Assembly (NCBI GenBank): GCA_043754535.1
Contig: JAYUUN010000073.1
Location: 1 to 36,610, forward strand
Length of the DNA: 36,610 nt
From: Chloroflexota bacterium
Lineage (GTDB): Bacteria; Chloroflexota; Chloroflexia; QHBQ01
Direction of reading: 5' to 3'
Part shown: positions 1 through 7,607 of the stretch, in pieces
Layout: every line of letters starts with the position of its first letter
Numbering within the stretch: position 1 is the first letter of the stretch
Program-made: the position numbers and the translations under genes
Notes under the pieces: model-generated
What the model saw: the letters and a program-made list of their open reading frames with translations, nothing else
The model's database searches: none
What the model was told of the DNA's origin: nothing

Positions 1-11
1 AATTTTGCAAA

Positions 12-44
12 GGGCGGCGCGACCTACTTTAGGTCGCGCCGCCC
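12..44 (-). terminator. Rho-independent terminator downstream of der
   Basis: 15-bp perfect stem GGGCGGCGCGACCTA/TAGGTCGCGCCGCCC with a 3-nt loop, followed on the minus strand by TTTGC. Confidence 0.75.
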
Positions 45-96
45 CAACCACCACACCTGCCGCTCTCGCCCTTCATTGTAGCCGAACGGTCAGTGG

Positions 97-1479
97 CTAC
101 TTCTCCTCGTGCCGGGTGCGGAACTCCATCTTCAGCGGCGTGCCTTCGTAGCCGAAGACCTGGCGCAGGCGGTTCTCCAGGTAGCGTTTGTAGCTGAAGT
201 GGACGGCTTCGGCCTCGTTGACGAAGAAGACGAAGGTGGGTGGGTTGATGTCGGCCTGGGTCGCGTAGTAGAACTTCACCCACTTGCCTGGCTTGCTGGG
301 TGGCTGATGTTCGCTCACTGCGTCCTTGAGCAGCTTGTTGAGCAGGGCGGTCGGCACCCGCTTGCGCCGTTCCTGGGCCACGTGCATCGCAATCGGCAGC
401 ACCTTGGTTACCCGCTGGCCGTACTTAGCAGAGATGAAGATCATCGGCGCATAGCTGAGGAACTGCAACTCCTCTTGAATCTGCGCCGTGTACTCGCGCA
501 TAGTCTCATCATCCTTCTCGACCATATCCCACTTGTTGATCACCAGCACTATGCTCTTGTTTGCTTCCAAGACATAGCCCGCGATATGCGCGTCCTGGGC
601 GGTCAAGCCCTCATGCGCGTCAATTACCAGCAGCACCACATCGGCGCGGTTGATTGCCCGTACGGTGCGGATCACACTATAATGCTCGACCCCGCGCTCA
701 ATTCGCCCACGGCGGCGAATACCCGCAGTATCAATGATCACTACCTGCTCGTCGTTCCACTCAAGCACAGTGTCAATCGCGTCCCGTGTCGTCCCTGGCA
801 CGTCGCTGACGATCACTCGCTCCTGGCCGAGGATGGCATTGAGTAGGCGGCTCTTGCCTACGTTGGGCCGCCCCACAATAGCGATCTTGACCCGGTTATC
901 CTCCTCCTCCTGTTCCTCACTGGCGGGCAGTTGAGCCAGGATCATGTCTAGCAGATCACCAGTATTGATACCGTGATGGGTGCTGATCGCCACTGGATCG
1001 CCGAGGCCTAGTTGATAGAACTCTACTGCATTCTGCCGCCGCTCCTCGCTGTCCGCCTTGTTGGCGACCAAGATCAGCGGCTTGTTGCTGCGGCGCATGA
1101 TCTCCGCCAACTCCTGGTCGGTGGCGGTCAGGCCGCTCTTGGCATCCACCATAAAGAGGATCAGGTCGGCTTCCTCGATGGCAACCGCCGCCTGCTCCCG
1201 CGTATGGCGGGTGATCTCGTCAAGCAGCATCTGCGAGTCCTCGGCGGTTAGGGCAGCGACCGGCCCGGCATTGGGGTCAGTGCCAGGGGAGACCTCCACC
1301 CCACCCGTATCCACCAGGGTGAAGGTGCGCCCGCTCCACTCAGTCTCGCCATAGATGCGGTCGCGGGTAGTCCCCGGCTCATCCTGAACGATGGCGACCG
1401 TCTCGCCGATCATACGGTTGAAGAAGGTAGACTTGCCCACGTTGGGCCGCCCCACAATCGCCACAATTGGTTTTGCCAC
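97..1479 (-). CDS. der: Ribosome biogenesis GTPase Der (EngA)
   Basis: Two tandem GTPase domains (GRPNVGKS twice, DTGG/DTAG, NKAD/NKWD) and a C-terminal KH-like domain (PPTFVFF, YKRYLEN); GTG start with purine-rich RBS. Confidence 0.98.
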   Translation of the reverse strand: MAKPIVAIVGRPNVGKSTFFNRMIGETVAIVQDEPGTTRDRIYGETEWSGRTFTLVDTGGVEVSPGTDPNAGPVAALTAEDSQMLLDEITRHTREQAAVAIEEADLILFMVDAKSGLTATDQELAEIMRRSNKPLILVANKADSEERRQNAVEFYQLGLGDPVAISTHHGINTGDLLDMILAQLPASEEQEEEDNRVKIAIVGRPNVGKSRLLNAILGQERVIVSDVPGTTRDAIDTVLEWNDEQVVIIDTAGIRRRGRIERGVEHYSVIRTVRAINRADVVLLVIDAHEGLTAQDAHIAGYVLEANKSIVLVINKWDMVEKDDETMREYTAQIQEELQFLSYAPMIFISAKYGQRVTKVLPIAMHVAQERRKRVPTALLNKLLKDAVSEHQPPSKPGKWVKFYYATQADINPPTFVFFVNEAEAVHFSYKRYLENRLRQVFGYEGTPLKMEFRTRHEEK

Positions 1480-1604
1480 TTGCTCTCTCCCCTAAGCAGG
1501 GTGCATCTGCTGGCACCCTCACATCTGCTAATGATAATCGAACATCCGAGGCACGATCCGTCAAGCCTCTAAAGCTAGCAGGCAGCTAGCCTACTCGCCA
1601 CAGC

Positions 1605-1913
1605 CTACGATCTGGAAGCGGCCTGAGCATTCTGGGCCTGCCACTGATCCATCAAGGCGCGCACTTCGCTGGAACTGTAGACGTGGCCCTCTTGCAACTG
1701 GGCTGCTACCTGCTGGCTGGCGTGGATCGCCTCAAGCTCCAGGCGGGCTGCTACCAGCCGATTGTACTGGTCAAGGTCAAGGATCGCCGCCACTGCCTTG
1801 CCATGATGGGTGATGAAGGTCGGCCTTTGTGTCTGCACCGTGCGATTGACCACGCTGCTGGCCCGCTTCTGTAGGTCGGAGATGCCCACGAGGTCATCTT
1901 TAAGATCGATCAT
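1605..1913 (-). CDS. Phd/YefM-family type II antitoxin (no adjacent toxin)
   Basis: N-terminal Phd fold signature (ISDLQKRASSVV...PTFITHHGKAVAAIL); GGAGG RBS. Confidence 0.85.
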   Translation of the reverse strand: MIDLKDDLVGISDLQKRASSVVNRTVQTQRPTFITHHGKAVAAILDLDQYNRLVAARLELEAIHASQQVAAQLQEGHVYSSSEVRALMDQWQAQNAQAASRS

Positions 1914-1961
1914 ATCCGCTCCTCCCGCAGCAAAAGTACGTAAAAGTTTGCGGTAAATTGC

Positions 1962-1996
1962 ATAGTGAATTATACACTATTCTCTGCTACTGTCAA
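1962..1996 (-). promoter_or_regulatory. Sigma70 promoter of the antitoxin gene with overlapping palindromic operator
   Basis: Minus strand TTGACA (1996-1991)-N16-TATAAT (1974-1969); palindrome ATAGTG-N7-CACTAT (1962-1980) centred on the -10. Confidence 0.75.
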
Positions 1997-2028
1997 GCGC
2001 GGCTGGTTCGCGTCTCGCTGGACGGCTG

Positions 2029-2037
2029 TGCTATAAT
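2029..2037 (+). promoter_or_regulatory. Extended -10 promoter for AI-2E gene
   Basis: TGCTATAAT 32 nt upstream of the ATG, with GGAGG RBS in between. Confidence 0.65.
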
Positions 2038-2069
2038 GAGCCAGAAGTTCCTAAAGTGGAGGGTTTGCC

Positions 2070-3194
2070 ATGTCGTTCTTTCAGCGTTGGACTTTCTTCA
2101 TCCTGGCCGCTATCGTCCTCTACCTGACACGGGGGATCATCACCCCATTCGTAATCGCGGCGGTGCTAGCCTACATCTTCACCCCAGTAGTGGACTCGCT
2201 AACCGAGCGGCTCAAGTTGCCGCGCTTCCTGGCGATCCTGCTGCTCTACGTGGTCGTCTTCGGCGGGCTGGGGCTTGCAGCCTACATGATCAGCGGGCGG
2301 CTCTCTGCCGAGGTCAGCGCGTTGAGCAAGCAGGGGCCAGATATCATCGCTAACGCGGTTGACAGCTTCACTGGTGGGGGGGACATTGCGCTGTTCGGCA
2401 CCACGATCCACCCCGCCCAGATAGCCAATGGCATCCGTCACTCGCTCAACGACTTCTTGCAAACCCCCACTGGCGCATTGGAGATTGGCAAGTCGCTGGC
2501 CGAGGGCTTCCTCAACCTGATTCTACTGTTGCTCGTCCTCTTTTACCTGCTGCTCGACTGGCACGACGTTGACCGCGCCCTGCTGCGCTTTGTGCCAGCC
2601 GACCGCCGCGCCCACTTCAGCGACCTCGGTGGGCGCATCCACAACATCCTGGGCTTCTACCTGCGCGGGCAGTTGCTGCTGATCGTGCTGATCTCGGCGG
2701 TGATGTTCGTCATCCTGGAGTTCATCTTTGGTCTACCGTTTGCGCTGCCAATTGCTATCCTCAGCGGCGTGTTGGAGATCATCCCACTAGTCGGCCCGGC
2801 GTTGGCTGCTGTGATCGCTGCTGTGGTCGCCCTCGCCAGCCCCAACCTGGGGGTGAACGGGGCAATCTGGATACTGATCACCTACTTCGTGGTGCGCCAG
2901 CTTGAAGATCAGTTGGTGATGCCTATTGTGGTGGGCCGTGCTGTCCACCTGCACCCAGTGATCACCACCTTTGCGGTGCTGGCGGGCGGGGCGATTGCTG
3001 GCATCCTCGGCACGCTGCTGGCAGTGCCGCTAACGGCGGCAGCCAATGTGGTAATCCGTCAAGCCTACCCCCCACTGCCTGATGAGCCAGTGGCGCGGAA
3101 ACACCAGCCAATGCTTGGTGCCGCCTTCAGCTACGCCCGCCAGCGGATGCGCGAACGCAACGCCAGCGACACCAGCGGTATGAAGTTGAAGTAG
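2070..3194 (+). CDS. AI-2E family transporter (PerM/TqsA-like)
   Basis: Multi-TM protein with AYIFTPVV, YLRGQLL, IPLVGP, QLEDQLVMP, LHPV and GILGTLLAVP motifs. Confidence 0.93.
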   Translation: MSFFQRWTFFILAAIVLYLTRGIITPFVIAAVLAYIFTPVVDSLTERLKLPRFLAILLLYVVVFGGLGLAAYMISGRLSAEVSALSKQGPDIIANAVDSFTGGGDIALFGTTIHPAQIANGIRHSLNDFLQTPTGALEIGKSLAEGFLNLILLLLVLFYLLLDWHDVDRALLRFVPADRRAHFSDLGGRIHNILGFYLRGQLLLIVLISAVMFVILEFIFGLPFALPIAILSGVLEIIPLVGPALAAVIAAVVALASPNLGVNGAIWILITYFVVRQLEDQLVMPIVVGRAVHLHPVITTFAVLAGGAIAGILGTLLAVPLTAAANVVIRQAYPPLPDEPVARKHQPMLGAAFSYARQRMRERNASDTSGMKLK

Positions 3195-3222
3195 TGGGCG
3201 GGGTGCAGGGGGGCGAGGCAGA

Positions 3223-4089
3223 TCAGTGGAATAGCTGGCCGCCGCTGACGCTGAGTAGCTGGCCGGTGATCCAGCGGGCTTGCTCCGAGGCGAGGAATAT
3301 GATTGCGTCGGCGATATCCTCTGGCTGACCGACGCGACCGAGCGGGATGCTAGCGGCCATTGCCGCCTCCATCTGGGGGTCAATCCAGCCAGTCTGGGTT
3401 GCGCTGGGCATTACGATATTGACGTTGATGCCAAAGCGGGCGAACTCATGGGCAGCCGCATAGCTGTAGCTCTCTAGCGCGTGCTTGCTTGCCCCGTAGC
3501 TGACTTCACCAGGGAAGCCGAACGGTGCGCCAGTGGTCAGGTTGATGATCCGCCCCCAACTTGCTCCGCGCTCGATCTGGCGGCGGCAAAACTCGCTCAT
3601 CAGCAAGGCGACTGCTCTGCTATTAACCGCGAAGTGCAGGTCGTGGCTAGCTACTGTCAGCGTGGCTGTGGTGCTGCCCCAATGACCGCTAACCGTCCCT
3701 GCATTCGCTGGCAGCAGGGTGTCCGCTTGCCAGGCTGTGGCGTTGTTGACCAGCACGCTGACGGGGCCGAAGGTTCGCTCTGCATGCTCAAACAGCAGGG
3801 GGATGTTGGCTGGCACGCTCAGGTCGCACTCCCAGGCCGCCGCTTCGCCACCTGCCTGTTGGATGTCCGCCACCACTGCGCCAGCGTCGTTAGCCCTCGT
3901 CTGTTGGTACATCGCCGCACCGGGTAGGCTAGCATCGGCCTGCTGGTTGGCAACCTCAGCTTGCAGCCGCAGATAGCTGATCAACACCCTTGCGCCCTGC
4001 GCGGCAAAGGCTCTAGCGGTGGCTGCGCCGATGCCGTGATTCGCGCCGGTGATCAACACTACTTTGCCATTCAGTTGGGGGTCGATCAC
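3223..4089 (-). CDS. SDR family oxidoreductase (FabG-like)
   Basis: TGANHGIG, LVNNA, YGASK and WITGQ motifs; GTG start overlaps the xerD TGA stop (GTGA). Confidence 0.93.
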   Translation of the reverse strand: MIDPQLNGKVVLITGANHGIGAATARAFAAQGARVLISYLRLQAEVANQQADASLPGAAMYQQTRANDAGAVVADIQQAGGEAAAWECDLSVPANIPLLFEHAERTFGPVSVLVNNATAWQADTLLPANAGTVSGHWGSTTATLTVASHDLHFAVNSRAVALLMSEFCRRQIERGASWGRIINLTTGAPFGFPGEVSYGASKHALESYSYAAAHEFARFGINVNIVMPSATQTGWIDPQMEAAMAASIPLGRVGQPEDIADAIIFLASEQARWITGQLLSVSGGQLFH

Positions 4090-4964
4090 GAAACGTTGTC
4101 TTTGTTCAGGTGGATGTAGACCTGGGTGGTGCTGATGCTGGCGTGGCCGAGCAGTTGTTGCACGTCGCGCAGGTTGGCTCCCCCCTTCAGCTTGTGGGCG
4201 GCGAACGAGTGGCGCAGGGTGTGCGGCGTGATGTTGGCAATCCCTGCTGCGCTGGCGTAGGACTTGAGGATCAGCCAGAAGCCCTGGCGGGTCAGCCGTT
4301 GACCGCGATGGTTGAGAAAGAGGGCAGGCTGCTGCTCCTTTGCGACCGCCGCCAGGTGGGGGCGGCCAACAGTGACGTAGGCGGCCAGTGCGTCGTAGCT
4401 ACCCCGGCTGGTGAGCGGGATCAGGCGGGCGCGCCCATTCTTGCCCACGCAGCGTACGACCCCGCGCCCTTCACCCTTCAACTCCACGTCCTCCAGGTTG
4501 AGGGCTACCAATTCGCTGACCCGTAGGCCCGTAGCATAGAGCAGTTCTAGCATTGCCTGGTCGCGTACATTCTCTAGCGTCTGCTGCTTGGCGGGCTGAT
4601 CCAGCAACTCGTGTACCTCGGTGACAGACATAGCCTTCGGCAAGTACTTGTTGACGCGGGGCGACTCCAGGTTGCGGGTCGGGTCACTCTTGATCCTACC
4701 CTGGGTGCTGAGGAAGTGGAAGAAGGATTTGACGGCGGCTACCTTGCGGGCAACGGTCGAGGTGGCATAAGCCTGCTCGCGCATGATGCCAATGAAGGCG
4801 TTGATGTCGGTAGCCTTGACCGAGGCCCAGTCAGGGTCATGCTCATTGGCAGAGAGGAAGGTGACGAACTGATTGAGGTCGTTACGGTAGGCCGCCATGG
4901 TGTTGGCGGTAAACCCCCTCTGGTCGGCAAGGTAGGCGAGGAAGGCCTCAGTGCTGTTCTCCAT
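4086..4964 (-). CDS. xerD: Site-specific tyrosine recombinase XerD
   Basis: N-terminal SAM-like domain (AYRNDL), LYATGLRVSEL, RQGFW, TPHTLRHSFA, LLGHASISTTQVY; ATG at 4964 chosen for its GAGGGG RBS (ORF track start 4973). Confidence 0.92.
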   Translation of the reverse strand: MENSTEAFLAYLADQRGFTANTMAAYRNDLNQFVTFLSANEHDPDWASVKATDINAFIGIMREQAYATSTVARKVAAVKSFFHFLSTQGRIKSDPTRNLESPRVNKYLPKAMSVTEVHELLDQPAKQQTLENVRDQAMLELLYATGLRVSELVALNLEDVELKGEGRGVVRCVGKNGRARLIPLTSRGSYDALAAYVTVGRPHLAAVAKEQQPALFLNHRGQRLTRQGFWLILKSYASAAGIANITPHTLRHSFAAHKLKGGANLRDVQQLLGHASISTTQVYIHLNKDNVS

Positions 4965-5115
4965 CTGGCGCACCCCTCAAGGTGAACGCCCTGGCAAAGG
5001 GCGGTGGCGGCTAAACGATGATCACGCGGCAGCCTGCGGCTCAATGGTGGAGCTGCTGTGTGCTGGCGATCTGCGTCAACCGTGCCGTTGGCCCTCAGCA
5101 CGTCTTGGCTCTGCC

Positions 5116-5137
5116 ATTGTAGCACATTATGTCAAAC
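5116..5137 (-). promoter_or_regulatory. xerD extended -10 promoter with dif XerD-arm-like site
   Basis: TGCTACAAT on the minus strand (5124-5116); TTATGTCAAAC on the plus strand (5127-5137). Confidence 0.55.
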
Positions 5138-5150
5138 TTTAGCTAGCCCC

Positions 5151-5194
5151 TTATCCACCTCTTTTTCCACAAGATTAGAACAGGTGGTGGAAAA
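5151..5194. promoter_or_regulatory. Cluster of three DnaA boxes
   Basis: TTATCCACC (5151-5159, 8/9), TTTTCCACA (5163-5171, full match to TTWTNCACA), reverse TTTTCCACC (5186-5194, 8/9). Confidence 0.6.
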
Positions 5195-6043
5195 CTAGCT
5201 CTTGTGAGCCGAGCCACGGTGCAGCCAGAGGTCGTAGAGTTGGCGGCGCGGCAGGCCGGTCTCGCTCGCCAGTTGCTTGATCGCCCCAGTTGGCGATTCG
5301 CCTGCGCTGGTCATCGCGTGCAGGCGGGCGAGCAGTTCGTCCTCCTCCGGTGGGGTGGCTGGCTCTAGCGGCGGCTCGGCGGCGGCGATCACCACCGTGT
5401 ACTCGCCGCGTGGCTCCTTCGCCGCGAAGTGGGCGATTGCCTCGGCCAGCATCTCGCGGCGTACCTCCTCGTAGAGCTTGGTCAGGTCGTTGGCAGTGAC
5501 AACCCGGCGGCCCGCGCCCAGCACGCTCTCCATATCACGCAGAGTATCCAGCAGGCGGTGGGGAGCTTCGTAGAAGACGACAGGGTAGGTTGCCTCTTTG
5601 TACGGGGCGAAGAAGGCCAACCGTTCGCGGCTCTTGCGCGGTGCGAAGCCGAGGTAGGTGAACTGGCTGAAGGGCAGGCCACTGACGACTAGGGCGGCAA
5701 AGACAGCGTTCGCCCCTGGTAGCGGGCTGACATTGTGACCCGCCTCGATAGCGGCGGCGATCAACTCGTAGCCAGGGTCGCTCAAGCCGGGCGTGCCAGC
5801 GTCGCTGATCAGGGCCACGTCGCCCTCGTCCATAGCCCGGAGGATCGCGGGCAAGCGGTCGTACTTGATATGCTCATGATAGCTGATGGTGCGCGTCTTG
5901 ATCTCGAAGTGGTTGAGCAGCTTGCGGGCATGGCGGGTGTCCTCGACGGCGATCAGGCTCACCTCGCGCAGGATACGCAGGGCGCGCAGGCTGATGTCTT
6001 CCAGGTTGCCGATAGGGGTGCTGACGATGTAGAGGGTAGACAT
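5195..6043 (-). CDS. rsmI: 16S rRNA (cytidine-1402-2'-O)-methyltransferase RsmI
   Basis: MSTLYIVSTPIGNLEDIS, EDTR, SDAGTPGLSDPG, YEAPHRL, PRGEY; true start at ATG 6043, probably leaderless. Confidence 0.97.
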   Translation of the reverse strand: MSTLYIVSTPIGNLEDISLRALRILREVSLIAVEDTRHARKLLNHFEIKTRTISYHEHIKYDRLPAILRAMDEGDVALISDAGTPGLSDPGYELIAAAIEAGHNVSPLPGANAVFAALVVSGLPFSQFTYLGFAPRKSRERLAFFAPYKEATYPVVFYEAPHRLLDTLRDMESVLGAGRRVVTANDLTKLYEEVRREMLAEAIAHFAAKEPRGEYTVVIAAAEPPLEPATPPEEDELLARLHAMTSAGESPTGAIKQLASETGLPRRQLYDLWLHRGSAHKS

Positions 6044-6050
6044 GGTTAGG

Positions 6051-6059
6051 ATTATAGCA
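6051..6059 (-). promoter_or_regulatory. Extended -10 promoter for rsmI (leaderless)
   Basis: TGCTATAAT followed by exactly 7 nt and then ATG; no RBS. Confidence 0.7.
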
Positions 6060-6103
6060 CATACAACTCTAACCTTCGACCAGTGGCAAGCCGCTTGCGA
6101 TTG

Positions 6104-6112
6104 TGGTATAAT
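6104..6112 (+). promoter_or_regulatory. Extended -10 promoter for ssrA
   Basis: TGGTATAAT 34 nt upstream of the mature tmRNA 5' end. Confidence 0.7.
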
Positions 6113-6146
6113 GACAGGGTTCCAGACCGAAACACCTATCACACGC

Positions 6147-6493
6147 GGGGATGCCCGGTATCGACAGGGAGCAAGGTTAGGGGATTGCAAGCCGAAGCGC
6201 ACGTCTTCGTAAAAACGGGCAAAGCCTTAACCGGCAACAAGCAATACGCTCTCGCTGCCTAGGCAGTGAGCATTTGCCCCTTCCTCAACCCGATGGGAGG
6301 GGAGCAGGTGACGCAATGTCGGGATGCTCTACGGCGCAGTGCAGCCTAAGCCGTAGCTAAGACCAGGTAGCGCGTCCGGCACCGGATCCTGCCAGTGGGA
6401 GCCAAGCCGGATTAAATAAATCGCTGGACAAGCTTGTAGTATATCTTCGGCTAAACTTTTTGGACGGGGGTTCGACTCCCCCCATCTCCACCA
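6147..6493 (+). ncRNA. ssrA: Transfer-messenger RNA (tmRNA)
   Basis: 5' GGGGATG pairs with 3' CATCTCC-ACCA (G3:U alanine identity); T-arm GGGGGTTCGACTCCCCC; tag ORF 6233-6262 encodes GNKQYALAA-stop after TTAACC. Confidence 0.97.
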
Positions 6494-6496
6494 ACG

Positions 6497-6530
6497 GCCT
6501 GCTACCAACCCGGTAGCAGGCTCTCTCTTT
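6497..6530 (+). terminator. Terminator after ssrA (convergent with galE)
   Basis: Stem GCCTGCTACC/GGTAGCAGGC with a 5-nt loop, followed by a pyrimidine run TCTCTCTTT. Confidence 0.8.
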
Positions 6531-6556
6531 GCTCCTTGCCAGCGGCTAGCCTACGC

Positions 6557-7522
6557 TCAGGCGCGGCTGCTGTGCCACTGCCACGCACTCTCTACGATCT
6601 GGCGCAGGTTGGGGTAGCGCGGCTGCCAGCCCAGTTCGCGGCGAATCTTCTCGCTGCTGGCAACCAGCACTGCCGGGTCACCAGGCCGCCGCGCCGTATA
6701 GCTAACCGCTATCTGCCTGCCCGTCACCTCACGGCAAACGTCAATCACCTGCTTGACCGAGAAGCCCACCCCGCTGCCGAGATTGTAAATCGCCCCCTCA
6801 CGCTCCGCCTGCCCCTTGAGGGCCAGGATGTGCGCCTGGGCCAGGTCTACCACGTGTACGTAGTCGCGGACACTGGTGCCGTCGCTGGTTGGGTAATCGT
6901 CACCGTAGACTTCCAGTTGGCTGCGCTGGCCGAGGGCGACCTGGAGGATGACGGGGATCAGGTGGCTCTCTGGGTCGTGTAGCTCTCCCCGCGTCGCGCT
7001 CGCCCCCGCCGCGTTGAAGTAGCGCAGGCTGGCCCAGCGCAGGCTATAAGCCCGCCCATACCAGGCCAACATCCGCTCAATAGTCAGCTTGCTCTCGCCG
7101 TACGGGTTGGTCGGTTGGAGGATAAAGTCCTCGGTGATCGGGGTGCGCTCTGGTTCGCCATAAACGGCAGCGGTAGAGGAGATGATGAAGTGCTTGATCT
7201 CCAACTCCACCATTGCGTCGAGCAGGTTGAGGGTGTTGACCACGTTGTTGCGGAAGTATTTGGCGGGCTTGACCACCGACTCGCCCACCTGACTGTCGGC
7301 GGCGAAGTGCATCACCGCTTCGATCTCGTGGCTCTGCAATGCCGCCTGGATCGCGGCGCGGTCGGCCAGGTCGCCCTGAACAAAGGTCGCGCCCGCTGGT
7401 ACTGCCTCCGCGAAGCCCTTGTAGAGGCTGTCATAGACCACCACCTGATGACCCTCAGCCAACAGTTCCTCCGCAGTAACGCTGCCGATGTAGCCTGCGC
7501 CACCTGTTACCAGTATCTTCAT
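6557..7522 (-). CDS. galE: UDP-glucose 4-epimerase GalE
   Basis: MKILVTGGAGYIGS, HFAA, SSTAAVYG, YGESK, LRYFNAAG, RDYVHVVDLA; start chosen from the AGGAG RBS (alternative 7525). Confidence 0.96.
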   Translation of the reverse strand: MKILVTGGAGYIGSVTAEELLAEGHQVVVYDSLYKGFAEAVPAGATFVQGDLADRAAIQAALQSHEIEAVMHFAADSQVGESVVKPAKYFRNNVVNTLNLLDAMVELEIKHFIISSTAAVYGEPERTPITEDFILQPTNPYGESKLTIERMLAWYGRAYSLRWASLRYFNAAGASATRGELHDPESHLIPVILQVALGQRSQLEVYGDDYPTSDGTSVRDYVHVVDLAQAHILALKGQAEREGAIYNLGSGVGFSVKQVIDVCREVTGRQIAVSYTARRPGDPAVLVASSEKIRRELGWQPRYPNLRQIVESAWQWHSSRA

Positions 7523-7607
7523 CATTGCTCCTATCTTGAGTTGACGATCTCTGTGCAATATGCTTGTCACATAGACTATCTGGTAGGGCAGGATGTTGTT
7601 GGCTGGG

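Noticed and set aside
3196..3218. G-rich tract as a G-quadruplex terminator
   Set aside because: Short and irregular; expected by chance at this GC content
5110..5137. Complete chromosomal dif site
   Set aside because: Only the XerD arm matches; the XerC arm lacks the inner ATAA; reported as a half-site only
5151..5194. oriC
   Set aside because: Only three boxes, no DUE-like AT-rich repeats, and no dnaA/dnaN nearby
6044..6202. N-terminal extension of rsmI in the ORF track
   Set aside because: It overlaps the ssrA promoter and tmRNA antisense; RsmI homology starts at ATG 6043
4086..6530. Tyrosine recombinase near tmRNA as an integrated island
   Set aside because: The protein has XerD signatures (RQGFW, about 292 aa) and lies upstream of ssrA; no duplicated ssrA 3' end was seen and the flanks are housekeeping genes
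7552..7571. Sigma54 or CRP/Rex site upstream of galE (TGTGACAAGCATATTGCACA)
   Set aside because: GA instead of the invariant GG at -24, and half-site spacing does not fit CRP or Rex
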